DNA from: an uncultured Gemmatimonadales bacterium
GTDB taxonomy: Bacteria > Gemmatimonadota > Gemmatimonadetes > Gemmatimonadales > Gemmatimonadaceae
NCBI GenBank assembly: GCA_963851265.1
Contig: CAWKNZ010000010.1
Span: forward strand, 32,001 to 96,000
Length of the DNA: 64,000 bases
Direction of reading: 5' to 3'
Shown here: in pieces, positions 18,533 to 28,584 of the stretch
Numbering within the stretch: position 1 is the first letter of the stretch
How the letters are laid out: the number at the start of each line of letters is the position of its first letter
Translations under genes and position numbers: made by a program
The notes under the pieces: generated by a model
Database searches by the model: none
What the model was told of the DNA's origin: nothing
Seen by the model: the letters and a program-made list of their open reading frames with translations, nothing else

Positions 18533-19885
18533 TCACCCGTCCGCGAGCCGCACGATTTCCATCCGCGGCGCGAGCAGGTGCATGATGCCGAGCGCGGTCA
18601 CGTACGCGAGGCCGCAGACGACGAACACGGGCCGGTAGTCGCTGCCGTTGCTCTGCAGCAGCGCGCCGGTCAGACGCTGGAACACGACGCCCCCCACCGC
18701 GCCGGCGAACCCGCCGAGGCCGACGACCGAGCCGACCGCGCGCCGGGGGAACATGTCGCTCGATAGCGTGAACAGGTTCGCGCTCCACCACTGGTGGGCC
18801 GCCGCCGCGACGCTCACGAGCGCCACGGCGGCCCACAGGCTGCTCACCGTCGGCGTGAGTGCGGTCGGGACGATGAGCAGCGCGGCGGCGAGCAGGGTCG
18901 TCTTGCGCGCGCGCGCCACACCCCAGCCGCGGGTGATGAGCGCGCCCGACAGCCAGCCGCCGTAGATCGACCCGACGTCGGCGACGACGTAGACCACGAT
19001 CAGCGGCAGCGCGAGCTTGCCGAGCTTGATGCCGTACCGCGCGTCGAGGAATTTCGGCAGCCAGAACAGGTAGAACCACCAAACGCCGTCGGTCATCACC
19101 TTGCCGACGACGAACGTCCACGTCTGTCGGTGGCGGAGCAGTTCGGCCCACCGCACGCGCGCGAGCGGGCCGGCGGTCTCCTCCTCACGGCCGGCTTCGA
19201 TGTGTCGGCGTTCGGCCGCGCGCAGTCGCGGATGGTCGGCAGGTGCGCGGTACACCGGCAGCCAGAACGCGAGCCAGACGAGGCCGATCGCGCCGGTCGC
19301 GACGAACGCCGCGCGCCAGCCGTGCGTGAGCGTGATCCACGGCACGAGCACCGCGGTCACGATCGCGCCGACGTTCGACCCGGCGTTGAAGATCCCGGTC
19401 GCGAACGCGCGCTCGTGCTTCGGGAACCACTCCGCCGTGGCCTTGATCGCCGCCGGAAAGTTGCCGCTCTCGCCGAGTCCTAACGCGAAGCGCGCGAGCG
19501 CGAAGCCGACCAGCGAATGCGCGAGGCCGTGCGCGGCCGCCGCCACGCTCCACAGCACCACCGCCGCCGCGAACCCGACGCGCACGCCCACCCGGTCGAT
19601 GAACCGTCCGACGAACACGTAGCCGATGGCGTAGGCCGCGGTCCAGTACGAGGTGATGTCGGCGTACTGCTGCTCGCTCCAGCCGAACTCGTGCTGCAGC
19701 GTCGGCGCGAGGATCCCCGTCGTCTGCCGGTCGATGTAGTTGATGGTGGTCGCGACGAAGAGCAGCGCGCAAATCGTCCACCGGTATCGCCCCACGCGCG
19801 CAGCGGCGCGCGCCGCTGCCGCCGCCGGAGCGCTCACCGTCGGGGTCGCAGGCGCGAGCTCCGCCGGACCCGTCGCCGGAGTCAC
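18533..19885 (-). CDS. exuT: MFS hexuronate transporter (ExuT-like)
   Basis: RWTICALLFVATTINYIDRQ, GESGNFPAAIK, AEWFP.HERAFATGIFNAGSNVG, WWFYLFWLP; operon context. Confidence 0.85.
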   Translation of the reverse strand: MTPATGPAELAPATPTVSAPAAAAARAAARVGRYRWTICALLFVATTINYIDRQTTGILAPTLQHEFGWSEQQYADITSYWTAAYAIGYVFVGRFIDRVGVRVGFAAAVVLWSVAAAAHGLAHSLVGFALARFALGLGESGNFPAAIKATAEWFPKHERAFATGIFNAGSNVGAIVTAVLVPWITLTHGWRAAFVATGAIGLVWLAFWLPVYRAPADHPRLRAAERRHIEAGREEETAGPLARVRWAELLRHRQTWTFVVGKVMTDGVWWFYLFWLPKFLDARYGIKLGKLALPLIVVYVVADVGSIYGGWLSGALITRGWGVARARKTTLLAAALLIVPTALTPTVSSLWAAVALVSVAAAAHQWWSANLFTLSSDMFPRRAVGSVVGLGGFAGAVGGVVFQRLTGALLQSNGSDYRPVFVVCGLAYVTALGIMHLLAPRMEIVRLADG

Positions 19886-20904
19886 GCGGCCCCGCCCGCG
19901 ATCCGGTCGACTTCCTCGGCCGTCACGCGGTTGAAGTCGCCGGGGATCGTCAGCTTCAACGCGCTCGCCGCGGTCGCGAAGCGCACCGCGGCGGCGGGCG
20001 ACCGCCCTTCGAATCGCGCGTGCAGCAGCGCGGCCACGAAGCTGTCGCCGCCGCCCACCCGGTCCACCACGCGCACGTCGTACCGCGGGGCGGAGTGCAT
20101 CGCGCCGGTCGCAGCCTCGTAGAGGTGCGCCGTCCACGCGTGCTCGTGCGCCGAGCGCACGTGGCGCTGCGTGAGCGCCACCTCGGCGCAGCCGAACCGC
20201 GCGCAGAGCCGGCCCGCCGTGTCCCGGAGCGCGTCGGGAGGCTCGGGGGCGGTGCCCGCGGTGGGTTCGCCGAGCATGACCTCGACCGCGCCCGGGTTGG
20301 CGACGAGCAGGTGCGCGAACGCGGCGAGCGGCTCGGTCAGCGGTCGCGGATCGCGCCCCTGCCAGAGGGCGGGACGCCAGTTGAGGTCCACGCTCACCGG
20401 CACCGCGTGCGCGCGGGCGGCCGCGAGCGCCGCGTGGAGCGTCCGCCGCGGGCCGTCGCCCAACGCCGGCACGATGCCCGACACGTGGAACCACGCGGCC
20501 CCGTCGAGCGCCGCGTCCCAGTCGACGTCGGCCGGCTCCAGCTCGGCGAAGCCCGAGCCCGCCCGGTCGTACACCGTGCGGAGCGGACGCAGGTCCGCGC
20601 CGCCCTCGACGAAGTAGGCGCCCAGCCGCGCGCCGCCGCGCGCCACGTACCGCACGCCCACGCCCTCCGCGCGCAACGCCGCCACCGCGGCGTCGCCGAC
20701 CGCGTGCGAGGGCACGCGCGTGACGTGCTCCACGGCGGTGCCGAGCTGCGCGAGTCCGGCCGCCACGTTGGCCTCGCTCCCGCCGAAGTACGTCCGGAGG
20801 GCCGGCGACTGGAACAGCCGCTCGTGCGGGTGCGGCGGCGAGAGCCGCAGCAGCACCTCCCCGAACGTCACGACGTGCCCGCCCGCCCGCGGCCCCGCGC
20901 TCAC
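19882..20904 (-). CDS. kdgK: 2-keto-3-deoxygluconate kinase (PfkB family)
   Basis: VVTFGEVLLRL, GGSEANVA, DLNWRPALW, DRVGGGDSF, TIPGDFN. Confidence 0.9.
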   Translation of the reverse strand: MSAGPRAGGHVVTFGEVLLRLSPPHPHERLFQSPALRTYFGGSEANVAAGLAQLGTAVEHVTRVPSHAVGDAAVAALRAEGVGVRYVARGGARLGAYFVEGGADLRPLRTVYDRAGSGFAELEPADVDWDAALDGAAWFHVSGIVPALGDGPRRTLHAALAAARAHAVPVSVDLNWRPALWQGRDPRPLTEPLAAFAHLLVANPGAVEVMLGEPTAGTAPEPPDALRDTAGRLCARFGCAEVALTQRHVRSAHEHAWTAHLYEAATGAMHSAPRYDVRVVDRVGGGDSFVAALLHARFEGRSPAAAVRFATAASALKLTIPGDFNRVTAEEVDRIAGGAA

Positions 20905-21575
20905 CCGCGCGCCTCGACAACGGCGTCGCGGACGCGACGCGCGCGCGCCGCGAGCGCGGCCATGTCGCCCGCGGCCACGAGCGCGGGGTCGACGAGCGAC
21001 GACCCGAGCCCCACCGCCAACGCGCCCGCGCGCAGCCACTCGCCGACGTTGTCGGGCGTGACGCCGCCCGTCGGCATGAGGCGGAGGAACGGCATCGGCG
21101 CGAGCACGCCGCGGACGTGCGCCGCGCCTAACGTGTCGGCGGGGAACACCTTGACCAGGTCCGCGCCGGCGGTGTGCGCCGCGTAGATTTCGGTGGGCGT
21201 GAACGCGCCCGCGAGCACCGGCACCCCGAGCCGGTGCCCCTCGTCGATCAGCCCGGGCACGAACACGGGGCTCACGACGAACGCCGCGCCGGCCCCGACG
21301 GCGCGGCGCGCCGCCTCCGCGTCGAGCACGGTCCCCGCGCCGAGGAGCAGGTCGGCGTCGCGCCACCCGGCTAGGTCCTCGAGCAGGTCGAGCGCGCCCG
21401 GCGTGGTCATCGTCAGCTCGATCGCGGTCACGCCGCCGTCCGCGATCGCCCGTATCGCGTCGAGCGCGCGGCGCGTGTCGGACAGGCGCACGACCGCCAC
21501 GGCAACCCGCGACAGCAGCTCGGCGACGACCCGCTCGCGAGGCACGGCGGGGCGGAGGGGGGCGGTCGGGGGCAC
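20901..21575 (-). CDS. eda: KDPG/KHG aldolase
   Basis: VAVVR, IELTMTTPGA, GAGTVLD, FVVSP, FTPTEI, VKVFPA, MPTGGV. Confidence 0.92.
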   Translation of the reverse strand: MPPTAPLRPAVPRERVVAELLSRVAVAVVRLSDTRRALDAIRAIADGGVTAIELTMTTPGALDLLEDLAGWRDADLLLGAGTVLDAEAARRAVGAGAAFVVSPVFVPGLIDEGHRLGVPVLAGAFTPTEIYAAHTAGADLVKVFPADTLGAAHVRGVLAPMPFLRLMPTGGVTPDNVGEWLRAGALAVGLGSSLVDPALVAAGDMAALAARARRVRDAVVEARG

Positions 21576-21608
21576 GGGCGGGAGGCGGGTGGGGGTTCGT
21601 CGGGAACG

Positions 21609-23180
21609 TTAGGCGCCCGGGGTCGGCTCGAGGGCGTCGAGCGCGGCGGCGGCCCCGCCGTCGCGTAACCGGACGAGGTGCGCGGTCACGGAGTCGGTGA
21701 GCCCGGGCACCGCGTCGAGGTCGTCGCCCCAGAGCGCGACGTCGCCGCAAACCGCGCGCGCGAACGCGCCGAGTGCGTCACCGTCGACACGACCCCCGAG
21801 CGCGTCCCATCGGTCGCGCACCGCCGCGCCCCGGTCGTCCGGAGGGACGGCGAGCCCCGCGGCACGACGCGCATCCTGCAGCGCACCGCGGCAAAACCAG
21901 AGGTGCGCGGCGAAGCCTAGCACGAGCGCCTCGGGCGCGCGCCCCCGGGCGGCCGCGTACCGCGCGATCGTCGGGACGACGCGCACGCGGACCTTCGTCG
22001 TGCCCTGAAGCGTGATGTCCCAGAGCGCGTGGCGGAGGTCGGCGTTGTCGAACCGGTCGAGCACGGCGCGCGCGTACGCGTCCAGCCCGGGCAGCGTTCC
22101 GCCCAACGCGTCGAGCGTCGGCGCGATCTCGGCGAACAGCACGCGCCGCACGAACGCCCCGAGCCGCGGGTCGTGCAGCGCGTCGCGTACCGTCGCGCAG
22201 CCGGCGAGCAGGGCGAGCGGCACCATCGCCGTGTGCGTCCCGTTCAGCAGCCGCAGCTTGCGCTCGCGGTACGGCGCGACGGCCGGGGTCACGAACACCG
22301 AGTCGCCGTGCGCCGCGACGAACCCGAGCCGCGCGCGGAGCGCGTCGTCCCCTTCGATCGCGAACAGGTGATATGGCTCGCACGTCGTCAGCAGCGCGTC
22401 GCGGTAGCCCGTCGCCGCCGCGAGCGCCGCAGCCGCGTCTCCGACCGGCGCGCCCGGGACGATGCGGTCGACGAGCGTGTTGCAGAAAACGACGTCGTGC
22501 TCCACCCAGCGCACGAAGGCCGCGCCCACGTCCCACCGCTCCGCGAGGGCGAGGACCAGCGTGCGCAGTACGTCGCCGTTGCCCTCGACGAGCTCGCACG
22601 GCAGCACGATCACGCCCTTCGACGGCGCGAAGTCGAACGCGCGCCCGCGCTCCAGAAGAAAGCGCGCGAGCTTGGCGGGGAATGAGCGCGGCGGTCGTGC
22701 GTCCACGCGATCGGCATCCGCGTCGGGGTCGTGCGCGAGCCCGACCTCGGTGGTGTTCGAGAACACGAGCGCCAGCAACGGATTCCGCGCGCAGGACAGC
22801 ACCGCGTCCCAGTCGTCCACGGCCGACAGCGCGCGGCTCACCGCGGCCACCACGCGGAGCGCGCGCGCGGGCGCGCCGCCGACGGTCCCACGCACGGCGA
22901 GCGTGTACAGCCCGTCCTGGTCGGCGAAGGCGCGGTCGCGCCCGCTGCCCGTCGATCCGATCACGACCACGCGCCCGCGGAACTCGCCGCGCCGGTTCGC
23001 CTGGTCCAGCGCGTCGTCGACGAGCCCGCGCAGCAGCGCGCCCGTCCCGAACTGCACCGCGCGCTCCGGCAGGTCGGCGAAGCCTTCGGGCGGCGGTGTG
23101 ACGTCGGCGCGCGCGCGAAAGGCAGCGGATTCAGCCAGCGCGCGCGTGAGGCGCGGTGCCCGCGCCTCCGCGCCCGTCAA
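21609..23180 (-). CDS. uxaB: Tagaturonate reductase (altronate oxidoreductase)
   Basis: PERAVQFGTGALLRG, SNTTEVG, SFPAKL, LPCELV, FCNTLVDRIVPG, RKLRLLNGTHT; TTG start overlapping the uxaA stop inferred. Confidence 0.9.
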   Translation of the reverse strand: MTGAEARAPRLTRALAESAAFRARADVTPPPEGFADLPERAVQFGTGALLRGLVDDALDQANRRGEFRGRVVVIGSTGSGRDRAFADQDGLYTLAVRGTVGGAPARALRVVAAVSRALSAVDDWDAVLSCARNPLLALVFSNTTEVGLAHDPDADADRVDARPPRSFPAKLARFLLERGRAFDFAPSKGVIVLPCELVEGNGDVLRTLVLALAERWDVGAAFVRWVEHDVVFCNTLVDRIVPGAPVGDAAAALAAATGYRDALLTTCEPYHLFAIEGDDALRARLGFVAAHGDSVFVTPAVAPYRERKLRLLNGTHTAMVPLALLAGCATVRDALHDPRLGAFVRRVLFAEIAPTLDALGGTLPGLDAYARAVLDRFDNADLRHALWDITLQGTTKVRVRVVPTIARYAAARGRAPEALVLGFAAHLWFCRGALQDARRAAGLAVPPDDRGAAVRDRWDALGGRVDGDALGAFARAVCGDVALWGDDLDAVPGLTDSVTAHLVRLRDGGAAAALDALEPTPGA

Positions 23181-24832
23181 AGCGTCACCCCGGCCTTCCA
23201 GATCGCGATTTCGCGGTCGCCGTTGCGCTCGTTGTTGGTGCGCACGCGCCCCGACGCCACATCGAGCACCAGGGCGAGGAGGTCGGCGGCGAGCGCGTCC
23301 AGCGTGATCCCGGCATCCGGGCCGCCGCCGCACAGCAGGCGTCCGGCGTCGAAGTCGATCCAGTGGGGCTTTCTCGCGGCGATGTCGCTGTTCGAGCTGA
23401 TCTTGAGCGTGGGTACCGGGAAACCGAGCGGCGTGCCGCGGCCGGTCGTGAAAAGGAGCAGCGTCGCGCCGCTCGCCGTAAGCGCGGTACACGACACGGC
23501 GTCGTTCCCCGGCGCTTCCACGAGCGACAGCCCGCCATACGCCGGGCCCACCGGCGCGCCGTAGCGGAGGACGGCGCGCACCGGCGCCCGCCCCCCTTTC
23601 TGGACCGCGCCCAACGACTTCTCCTCCAGCGTGGTCAGGCCGCCGGCCTTGTTCCCCGGCGACGGGTTCTCGTGCACCGGCTGTCCGTGCCGCACGAAAT
23701 ACTCCCTGAAATCGGTCACCATCGCGACGAGCGCGTCGAACGTGCGCTCGTCGGCGCACCGGTCCATCAGCACCTGCTCCGCCCCGAACATCTCGGGCAC
23801 CTCGGTCAGCAGCACGCGCCCGCCGAATCCGCTCACGCGGTCGGCGAGGCGGCCGAGCAGCGGGTTGGCCGTGACCCCGCTGAACCCGTCGGAGCCGCCG
23901 CACTTGTGGCCTAACACGAGGTCGGATGCCGGGCAGGCGTTGCGCGCGTCACCCGCCATGCCGGCGACGAGTTCGCCGACCGCGGCGACGCCCTCCTCCA
24001 GCTCGTCCAGCACGTCCTGCGTGTTGAAGAAGCGGAGCCGCGAACGGTCGACGCCCGGACCGGCCGCCGCGAGCAGCTGGTCCATCTGGTTGTTCTCGCA
24101 CCCGAGCCCGAGCACGAGCACGCCGCCGGCGTTCGGGTGACGCATGAGCCCCGCGAGCGCGCGCTGCGTGCTCCGCAGGTCATCCCCGAGCTGCGAACAG
24201 CCGTACGGGTGCGCGAATGCGTACACGCCGTCGACATAAGGCGCGTCGGCATGGCGCGCACCGGCGGCGCGCGCGATGCGCTCGGCGGCCGTGTTCACGC
24301 AGCCCACGGTGTTGATGATCCACACCTCGTTGCGCGTGCCCACCCGCCCGTCGCGGCGACGGTACCCTTCGAACGTCGGCGTCGCCGCGGGGAGCGATGC
24401 CGGCGTGGCGTGTGCGCCCGGGCGCCGGTACTCGAGCGTTCCGCCGAGTCGTGTGGCGAGGTTGTGCGAGTGGACCCACGCTCCCGGCGCGATCGGCACC
24501 GTCGCCGCACCGATCGGGAATCCGTACTTCGTCACCGCTTCCCCGACGTCGACCGACTGCAGGGCGAACTTGTGCCCGGCCGGCACGTCGTCGCGGAGCG
24601 TCACGCAGGCGCCGTCGACCGCAACGGTAGTGCCCGCCGCGAGGGCGCGTACGGCGACGGCGACGTTGTCCTCCGGCGTCACGCGCAACGCCGACGGCGC
24701 GTCCGAGGACGGCGCGCCGGGTGCGCCACGCCGGAGTTCGGCACCCCGGAGTCCGGTATCCCGCGACTCGATATCCCCGTCCCCGCTGCGGGCCGTCGCG
24801 TCCGCGCGCTCGAACCGCAGCACCCTGCTCAT
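23177..24832 (-). CDS. uxaA: Altronate dehydratase (SAF domain + catalytic domain)
   Basis: DNVAVA, GHKFA, KYGFPIG, GTRNEVW, HPYGCSQLGDD, KCGGSD, NPSPGNKAGG, FTTGRGTP. Confidence 0.93.
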   Translation of the reverse strand: MSRVLRFERADATARSGDGDIESRDTGLRGAELRRGAPGAPSSDAPSALRVTPEDNVAVAVRALAAGTTVAVDGACVTLRDDVPAGHKFALQSVDVGEAVTKYGFPIGAATVPIAPGAWVHSHNLATRLGGTLEYRRPGAHATPASLPAATPTFEGYRRRDGRVGTRNEVWIINTVGCVNTAAERIARAAGARHADAPYVDGVYAFAHPYGCSQLGDDLRSTQRALAGLMRHPNAGGVLVLGLGCENNQMDQLLAAAGPGVDRSRLRFFNTQDVLDELEEGVAAVGELVAGMAGDARNACPASDLVLGHKCGGSDGFSGVTANPLLGRLADRVSGFGGRVLLTEVPEMFGAEQVLMDRCADERTFDALVAMVTDFREYFVRHGQPVHENPSPGNKAGGLTTLEEKSLGAVQKGGRAPVRAVLRYGAPVGPAYGGLSLVEAPGNDAVSCTALTASGATLLLFTTGRGTPLGFPVPTLKISSNSDIAARKPHWIDFDAGRLLCGGGPDAGITLDALAADLLALVLDVASGRVRTNNERNGDREIAIWKAGVTL

Positions 24833-26373
24833 CCGCTTGCCTCCGGGTCGCCGTCGCGCGAGGTGGCGCCGTGCGCGCCGTCCCCAGCATTCGCGGTCGC
24901 GTCGAGCTTGTACGTGCGGCGCACGAGATCGTACGCGAGGGCGCGCGCGATCTGCCGCGCGTCGTCGACGTCCAGCACGTGCCGCGCCACGAGACCCGCG
25001 AGCCAGTTCGCGTCGACGCGGCGGGACAGGTCGTGCCGGGCCGGGATCGAGCAGAACGCGCGCGTATCGTCGTTGAACCCGGCCGTGTTGTAGATCCCCG
25101 CCGTCTCCGTCACGCGTTCGCGGAAGCGGATCATCCCCTGGATCGAGTCGTGGAACCACCACGGCGGCCCGAGTCGCAGCGCGGGGTAGTGCCCGGCGAG
25201 CGGCGCGAGTTCCCGGGCATACGTGCTCTCGTCGAGCGTGAAGAGCACGAGCGTCAGGCGCGGGTCGTTGCCGTACGCGTTGAGCAGCGCCTGCAGGTTG
25301 CGCGTGTACTCGGTCGCGACGGGTATGTCCGACCCCCGGTCGGGGCCGAAGCGCTCGGCGACGCGCGCGTTGTGGTCGCGGAGCGAGCCGGGATGGAGCT
25401 GCATCACCATCCCGTCCTCGGTGCTCAGGCGCGCCATCTCCATCAGCATGTGTGCTTCGAAGCGGCGCTGGTCGACCGTCGAGGCGCGCCCACGCAGCCC
25501 GCGCGCGAACAGCGTTGCGGCCTCCTCATCGGTCAGGCGCTCGGTGTACGGCTCGACGACGGCGTGGTCGGTCGCGGTCGCGCCGAGTGAGCGGAAGAAC
25601 GCCCGCCGGTCGATGAGCGCGCGGACGAACGCCTCCTGATCGCGGATCGCGGCCCCGTGCACGCGTTCCAGCGTCGCGAGCGCGTCGGCCCACCCGGGCG
25701 CGGCGATGCGGAACATCGCGTCCGGTCGAAACGTCGGGATCACCCGTGCACCGTGCGCCCAGCCCGACGCGCGAAGGCGGCGATGCGCGTCGAGCGGATC
25801 GGTCGCCGCGTCGGTGGTCGCGAGGGTCTCGATCTGGAACCGCTCGAACAGGGCGCGCGGCCGGAACTCGGGGCTCGCCAACCGTTCGGCGATCTCGTCG
25901 TAGATGCGCTGGCCCGTCGCTGCGGACAGCTTCGTCCGGACCCCGAACACGTCGTACAGCTCGTGCGTGAGCCACGCGCCGGTCGGAGTCGCGCGGAACA
26001 GGTGCCAGTGCTCCGCGAATCGCTGCCAGGCGCGCCGCGGGTCGCGCTCGACCGGGGTGCCGTCGCGAGTCGCAATGCCGAGTTCCTCCATCGGCACGCC
26101 CTGCGAGTACAGCATCCGGAGGATGTAGTGGTCGGGCACGAGGAGCAGCGCCGTCGGCTCCGGGAACGGGGCGTCGTCCGCCAGCAGCGCGGGATCCACG
26201 TGCCCGTGCGGGCAGACGAGCGGGAGCGAACGGACCTCGTCGTAGAGCGAGCGGGCGACGCGCCGCACAGCCGGATCCGGATCGAAGTACCGGTCCTCGT
26301 GCAGGACGAGCGGCTCGCCGCGACCTGCGCCGTGGACGGCGGGGGCGTGCCGAGTGGCGGGGCTCGAGGTCAC
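24829..26373 (-). CDS. uxaC: Uronate (glucuronate/galacturonate) isomerase
   Basis: CPHGHVDP, PDHY, PTFRPD, MQLHPG, YARELAPLAGHYP, GPPWWFHDS, DDTRAFCSIPARHD. Confidence 0.95.
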   Translation of the reverse strand: MTSSPATRHAPAVHGAGRGEPLVLHEDRYFDPDPAVRRVARSLYDEVRSLPLVCPHGHVDPALLADDAPFPEPTALLLVPDHYILRMLYSQGVPMEELGIATRDGTPVERDPRRAWQRFAEHWHLFRATPTGAWLTHELYDVFGVRTKLSAATGQRIYDEIAERLASPEFRPRALFERFQIETLATTDAATDPLDAHRRLRASGWAHGARVIPTFRPDAMFRIAAPGWADALATLERVHGAAIRDQEAFVRALIDRRAFFRSLGATATDHAVVEPYTERLTDEEAATLFARGLRGRASTVDQRRFEAHMLMEMARLSTEDGMVMQLHPGSLRDHNARVAERFGPDRGSDIPVATEYTRNLQALLNAYGNDPRLTLVLFTLDESTYARELAPLAGHYPALRLGPPWWFHDSIQGMIRFRERVTETAGIYNTAGFNDDTRAFCSIPARHDLSRRVDANWLAGLVARHVLDVDDARQIARALAYDLVRRTYKLDATANAGDGAHGATSRDGDPEASG

Positions 26374-26433
26374 GTCGCGCGCGAGGCGGTATGGGCGGGG
26401 AAGCCGGTGCTCACGAGTCTGACCCGCAGGACT

Positions 26434-26456
26434 TTGTTCGTTCGGCTAACAAACAA
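26434..26456. promoter_or_regulatory. Candidate ROK (XylR-type) operator
   Basis: AT-rich inverted repeat TTGTTCGTT-N5-AACAAACAA (8/9 symmetric) between divergent uxaC and the ROK regulator. Confidence 0.6.
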
Positions 26457-26588
26457 GCGCGCGAGTGTACGGCGGGGTACAACGGAAGGCAACCCGCGCG
26501 CGGCCGGGCGCGGGCCGTCACCGCCACACGTTCACGGCGGTCTCGTGGATTGCGTACGTTCCGTCCCGCCCCCTCGAGCCCTGCCGCC

Positions 26589-27824
26589 GTGCGGAAAATC
26601 AACACCCACCGCTTCGTGCGCGCGACCCGCGCGACCCCGCGCGCGATCAACCGCCAGATCGCGCTCAACCTCGTGCGTGAGCATCAGCCGATCTCGCGCG
26701 CCGACCTCGCGCGCCGCATGGAGATCGGCCGCGGCATGGTCACCGCGCTGGTGGACGAACTCCTCCTCGAAGGCAGCGTCTACGAAGGCGCCGTGGTCGA
26801 CGCCCCCCGCGGCCGCCGACCGAAGATGCTGCACGTGCGCACGCGCGACCGCCTCGTCGTCGCGATCGACGTGCGGTTCAGCCTCACCTACGTGATGCTC
26901 TGCGACTTCGGCGGTGCGGCGCTCGCGCTCGAGACGTTCGAGACGATCACCGACTCGGCGGCCCTCGTCGACGAGCTTGCCGCGCGCGTCCGGCGCCTGC
27001 TCGGCGCGCACGGCGGCGCGGGCGGCCCTCGCGGCCGGTGCGAGGGCGTCGGTGTCGTGGTGCCCGGGATGGTCGACCAGCGTACCGGACGCGTGCTCTA
27101 CGCTCCACAGCTCGGCTGGCGCGACGTCGACCTGCGCTCGGCGCTCGGGACCGCCCTCGCGCTCCCGGTTCACGTCGAGAACGCCCCCATCGCCTGCGCG
27201 CTCGCGCAGATGTGGCTCGGGACGCCGGGCCGCGACACGCCCGCCGACTTCGCGTACATGACCGTGTCGGATGGGGTCGGGGTCGGCCTCGTGGTCAACG
27301 GCGAGGTCGTGCGCGGACACGGCAACACGGCGGGCGAATTCGGCCACGTGCCGCTCAACGCGCTCTCGGGCCCGCGTTGTCTCTGCGGCGCGACCGGATG
27401 TCTCGAGGCGTACACCTCCAACCTCGCCACGCTCTCGCGTTACCTCGGCCAGGAACTCGCGCCCGAGCAGACGCGCCGCCTGCTGCACGACACCGGGCTG
27501 ACGATTGCCGACGTGATCGCGCGGGCGCGCGACGGCGACGTCCGCGCCCGCGCCTCGCTCGACGAGACCGCGCGGTGGCTCGGCATCGGTCTGGCCGTCG
27601 TGATCAACGGCTTCAACCCGGCCGAAATCGTCGTGGGCGGCGAAATCACGGCCGCGTGGGACCAGATCGCCCCGATCATCCGGAGTGCGATCGCCGAACG
27701 CGCGCTCACGACCGCCGCCGCGAACACGCCCATCACGCCCGAGCCTGCGAGCGAGTACCCGCGGCTGCGCGGCGCCACGGCCCTCGTCGCCGCCCCCGTG
27801 TACGCCGCACCGGCGGTCGCATGA
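26589..27824 (+). CDS. ROK-family transcriptional repressor
   Basis: HTH PISRADLARR, GRRP, GVVVPGMVD, VEN, AGEFGH, CLCGATGCLEAY. Confidence 0.92.
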   Translation: MRKINTHRFVRATRATPRAINRQIALNLVREHQPISRADLARRMEIGRGMVTALVDELLLEGSVYEGAVVDAPRGRRPKMLHVRTRDRLVVAIDVRFSLTYVMLCDFGGAALALETFETITDSAALVDELAARVRRLLGAHGGAGGPRGRCEGVGVVVPGMVDQRTGRVLYAPQLGWRDVDLRSALGTALALPVHVENAPIACALAQMWLGTPGRDTPADFAYMTVSDGVGVGLVVNGEVVRGHGNTAGEFGHVPLNALSGPRCLCGATGCLEAYTSNLATLSRYLGQELAPEQTRRLLHDTGLTIADVIARARDGDVRARASLDETARWLGIGLAVVINGFNPAEIVVGGEITAAWDQIAPIIRSAIAERALTTAAANTPITPEPASEYPRLRGATALVAAPVYAAPAVA

Positions 27825-27892
27825 GGCGTCGCGGCGTTCTCAACTAGATCACGCGCGGCGCGTCAGATGAATCCTTGGGGAACCAACGACAA

Positions 27893-27908
27893 TGGCACGC
27901 GGGCTGCT
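27893..27908 (+). promoter_or_regulatory. Candidate sigma-54 promoter
   Basis: TGGCACGCGGGCTGCT with correct -24 GG / -12 GC spacing, about 75 bp upstream of the ATG at 27983. Confidence 0.5.
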
Positions 27909-27982
27909 GTCACGGTCGCGCTACCAGCGTGCGCGTCCGACGCACGAGGGTCCAGACGCCGCCATGCGGCAGGAGACTTTGT

Positions 27983-28411
27983 ATGACGCTTCGCAAGATG
28001 ACTTCGACGCTCGCCGCACTGACCGTCGCTGCCGCGTTCGGCGTCGCTTCGGCGGCCCACGCGCAGCAGCCGACGACGGGCGGGTCGACGGGCAGCGGCT
28101 CGACCGGCGGCACCACGGCAGGCAGCGCGTCGCAGGGCGGCACGGCCGGGTCCAGCAGCGGGAGCTCGTCCACAGGTGCCTCGACCAAGTCGCGCCGGCA
28201 CCGCAGCCGCTCGCACCGGTCCTCGGCGGGCCGCTCGTCGAGTTCTGGAATGTCGGGCAGCGGGAGCATGAGTGGCTCGGGCGGAATGGGCTCAGGTAGC
28301 GCGGGCAGCACCGGCGGTGCCGGCAGCGGCGCCGGTACGGGCACTGGGTCCGGGACGGGCACTGGCTCCGGGTCGGGCACCGGCAGCTCGAGCGGACGTC
28401 CTCCGCGCTGA
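27983..28411 (+). CDS. Small secreted Gly/Ser/Thr-rich low-complexity protein
   Basis: AGGAG RBS, signal peptide ending AHA-QQ, GS/GT-rich body with basic patch KSRRHRSRSHRS. Confidence 0.75.
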   Translation: MTLRKMTSTLAALTVAAAFGVASAAHAQQPTTGGSTGSGSTGGTTAGSASQGGTAGSSSGSSSTGASTKSRRHRSRSHRSSAGRSSSSGMSGSGSMSGSGGMGSGSAGSTGGAGSGAGTGTGSGTGTGSGSGTGSSSGRPPR

Positions 28412-28462
28412 GCTGCGGCACTCCGCCCGACGCGGTCGGCAGCAGACCGCACGCACGACCGG

Positions 28463-28502
28463 CACGACGCCCGGAGCGGAATCCTCCGCTCCGGGCGTCG
28501 TG
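28463..28502 (+). terminator. 18-bp perfect hairpin
   Basis: CACGACGCCCGGAGCGGA-ATCC-TCCGCTCCGGGCGTCGTG, downstream of the Gly/Ser protein gene. Confidence 0.5.
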
Positions 28503-28584
28503 GCGTACACACCCGAACTGGCGACGGCGGACCGCGCCACGCGCGCCCGGCCGTCGCCAGTTCGGAACGCTCGGAGGACGCACG

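Noticed and set aside
28240..28390. Short GGCACNGG/TCGGGC repeats as CRISPR or VNTR
   Set aside because: Explained by Gly-Ser/Gly-Thr codon repeats; no repeat-spacer structure or cas genes.
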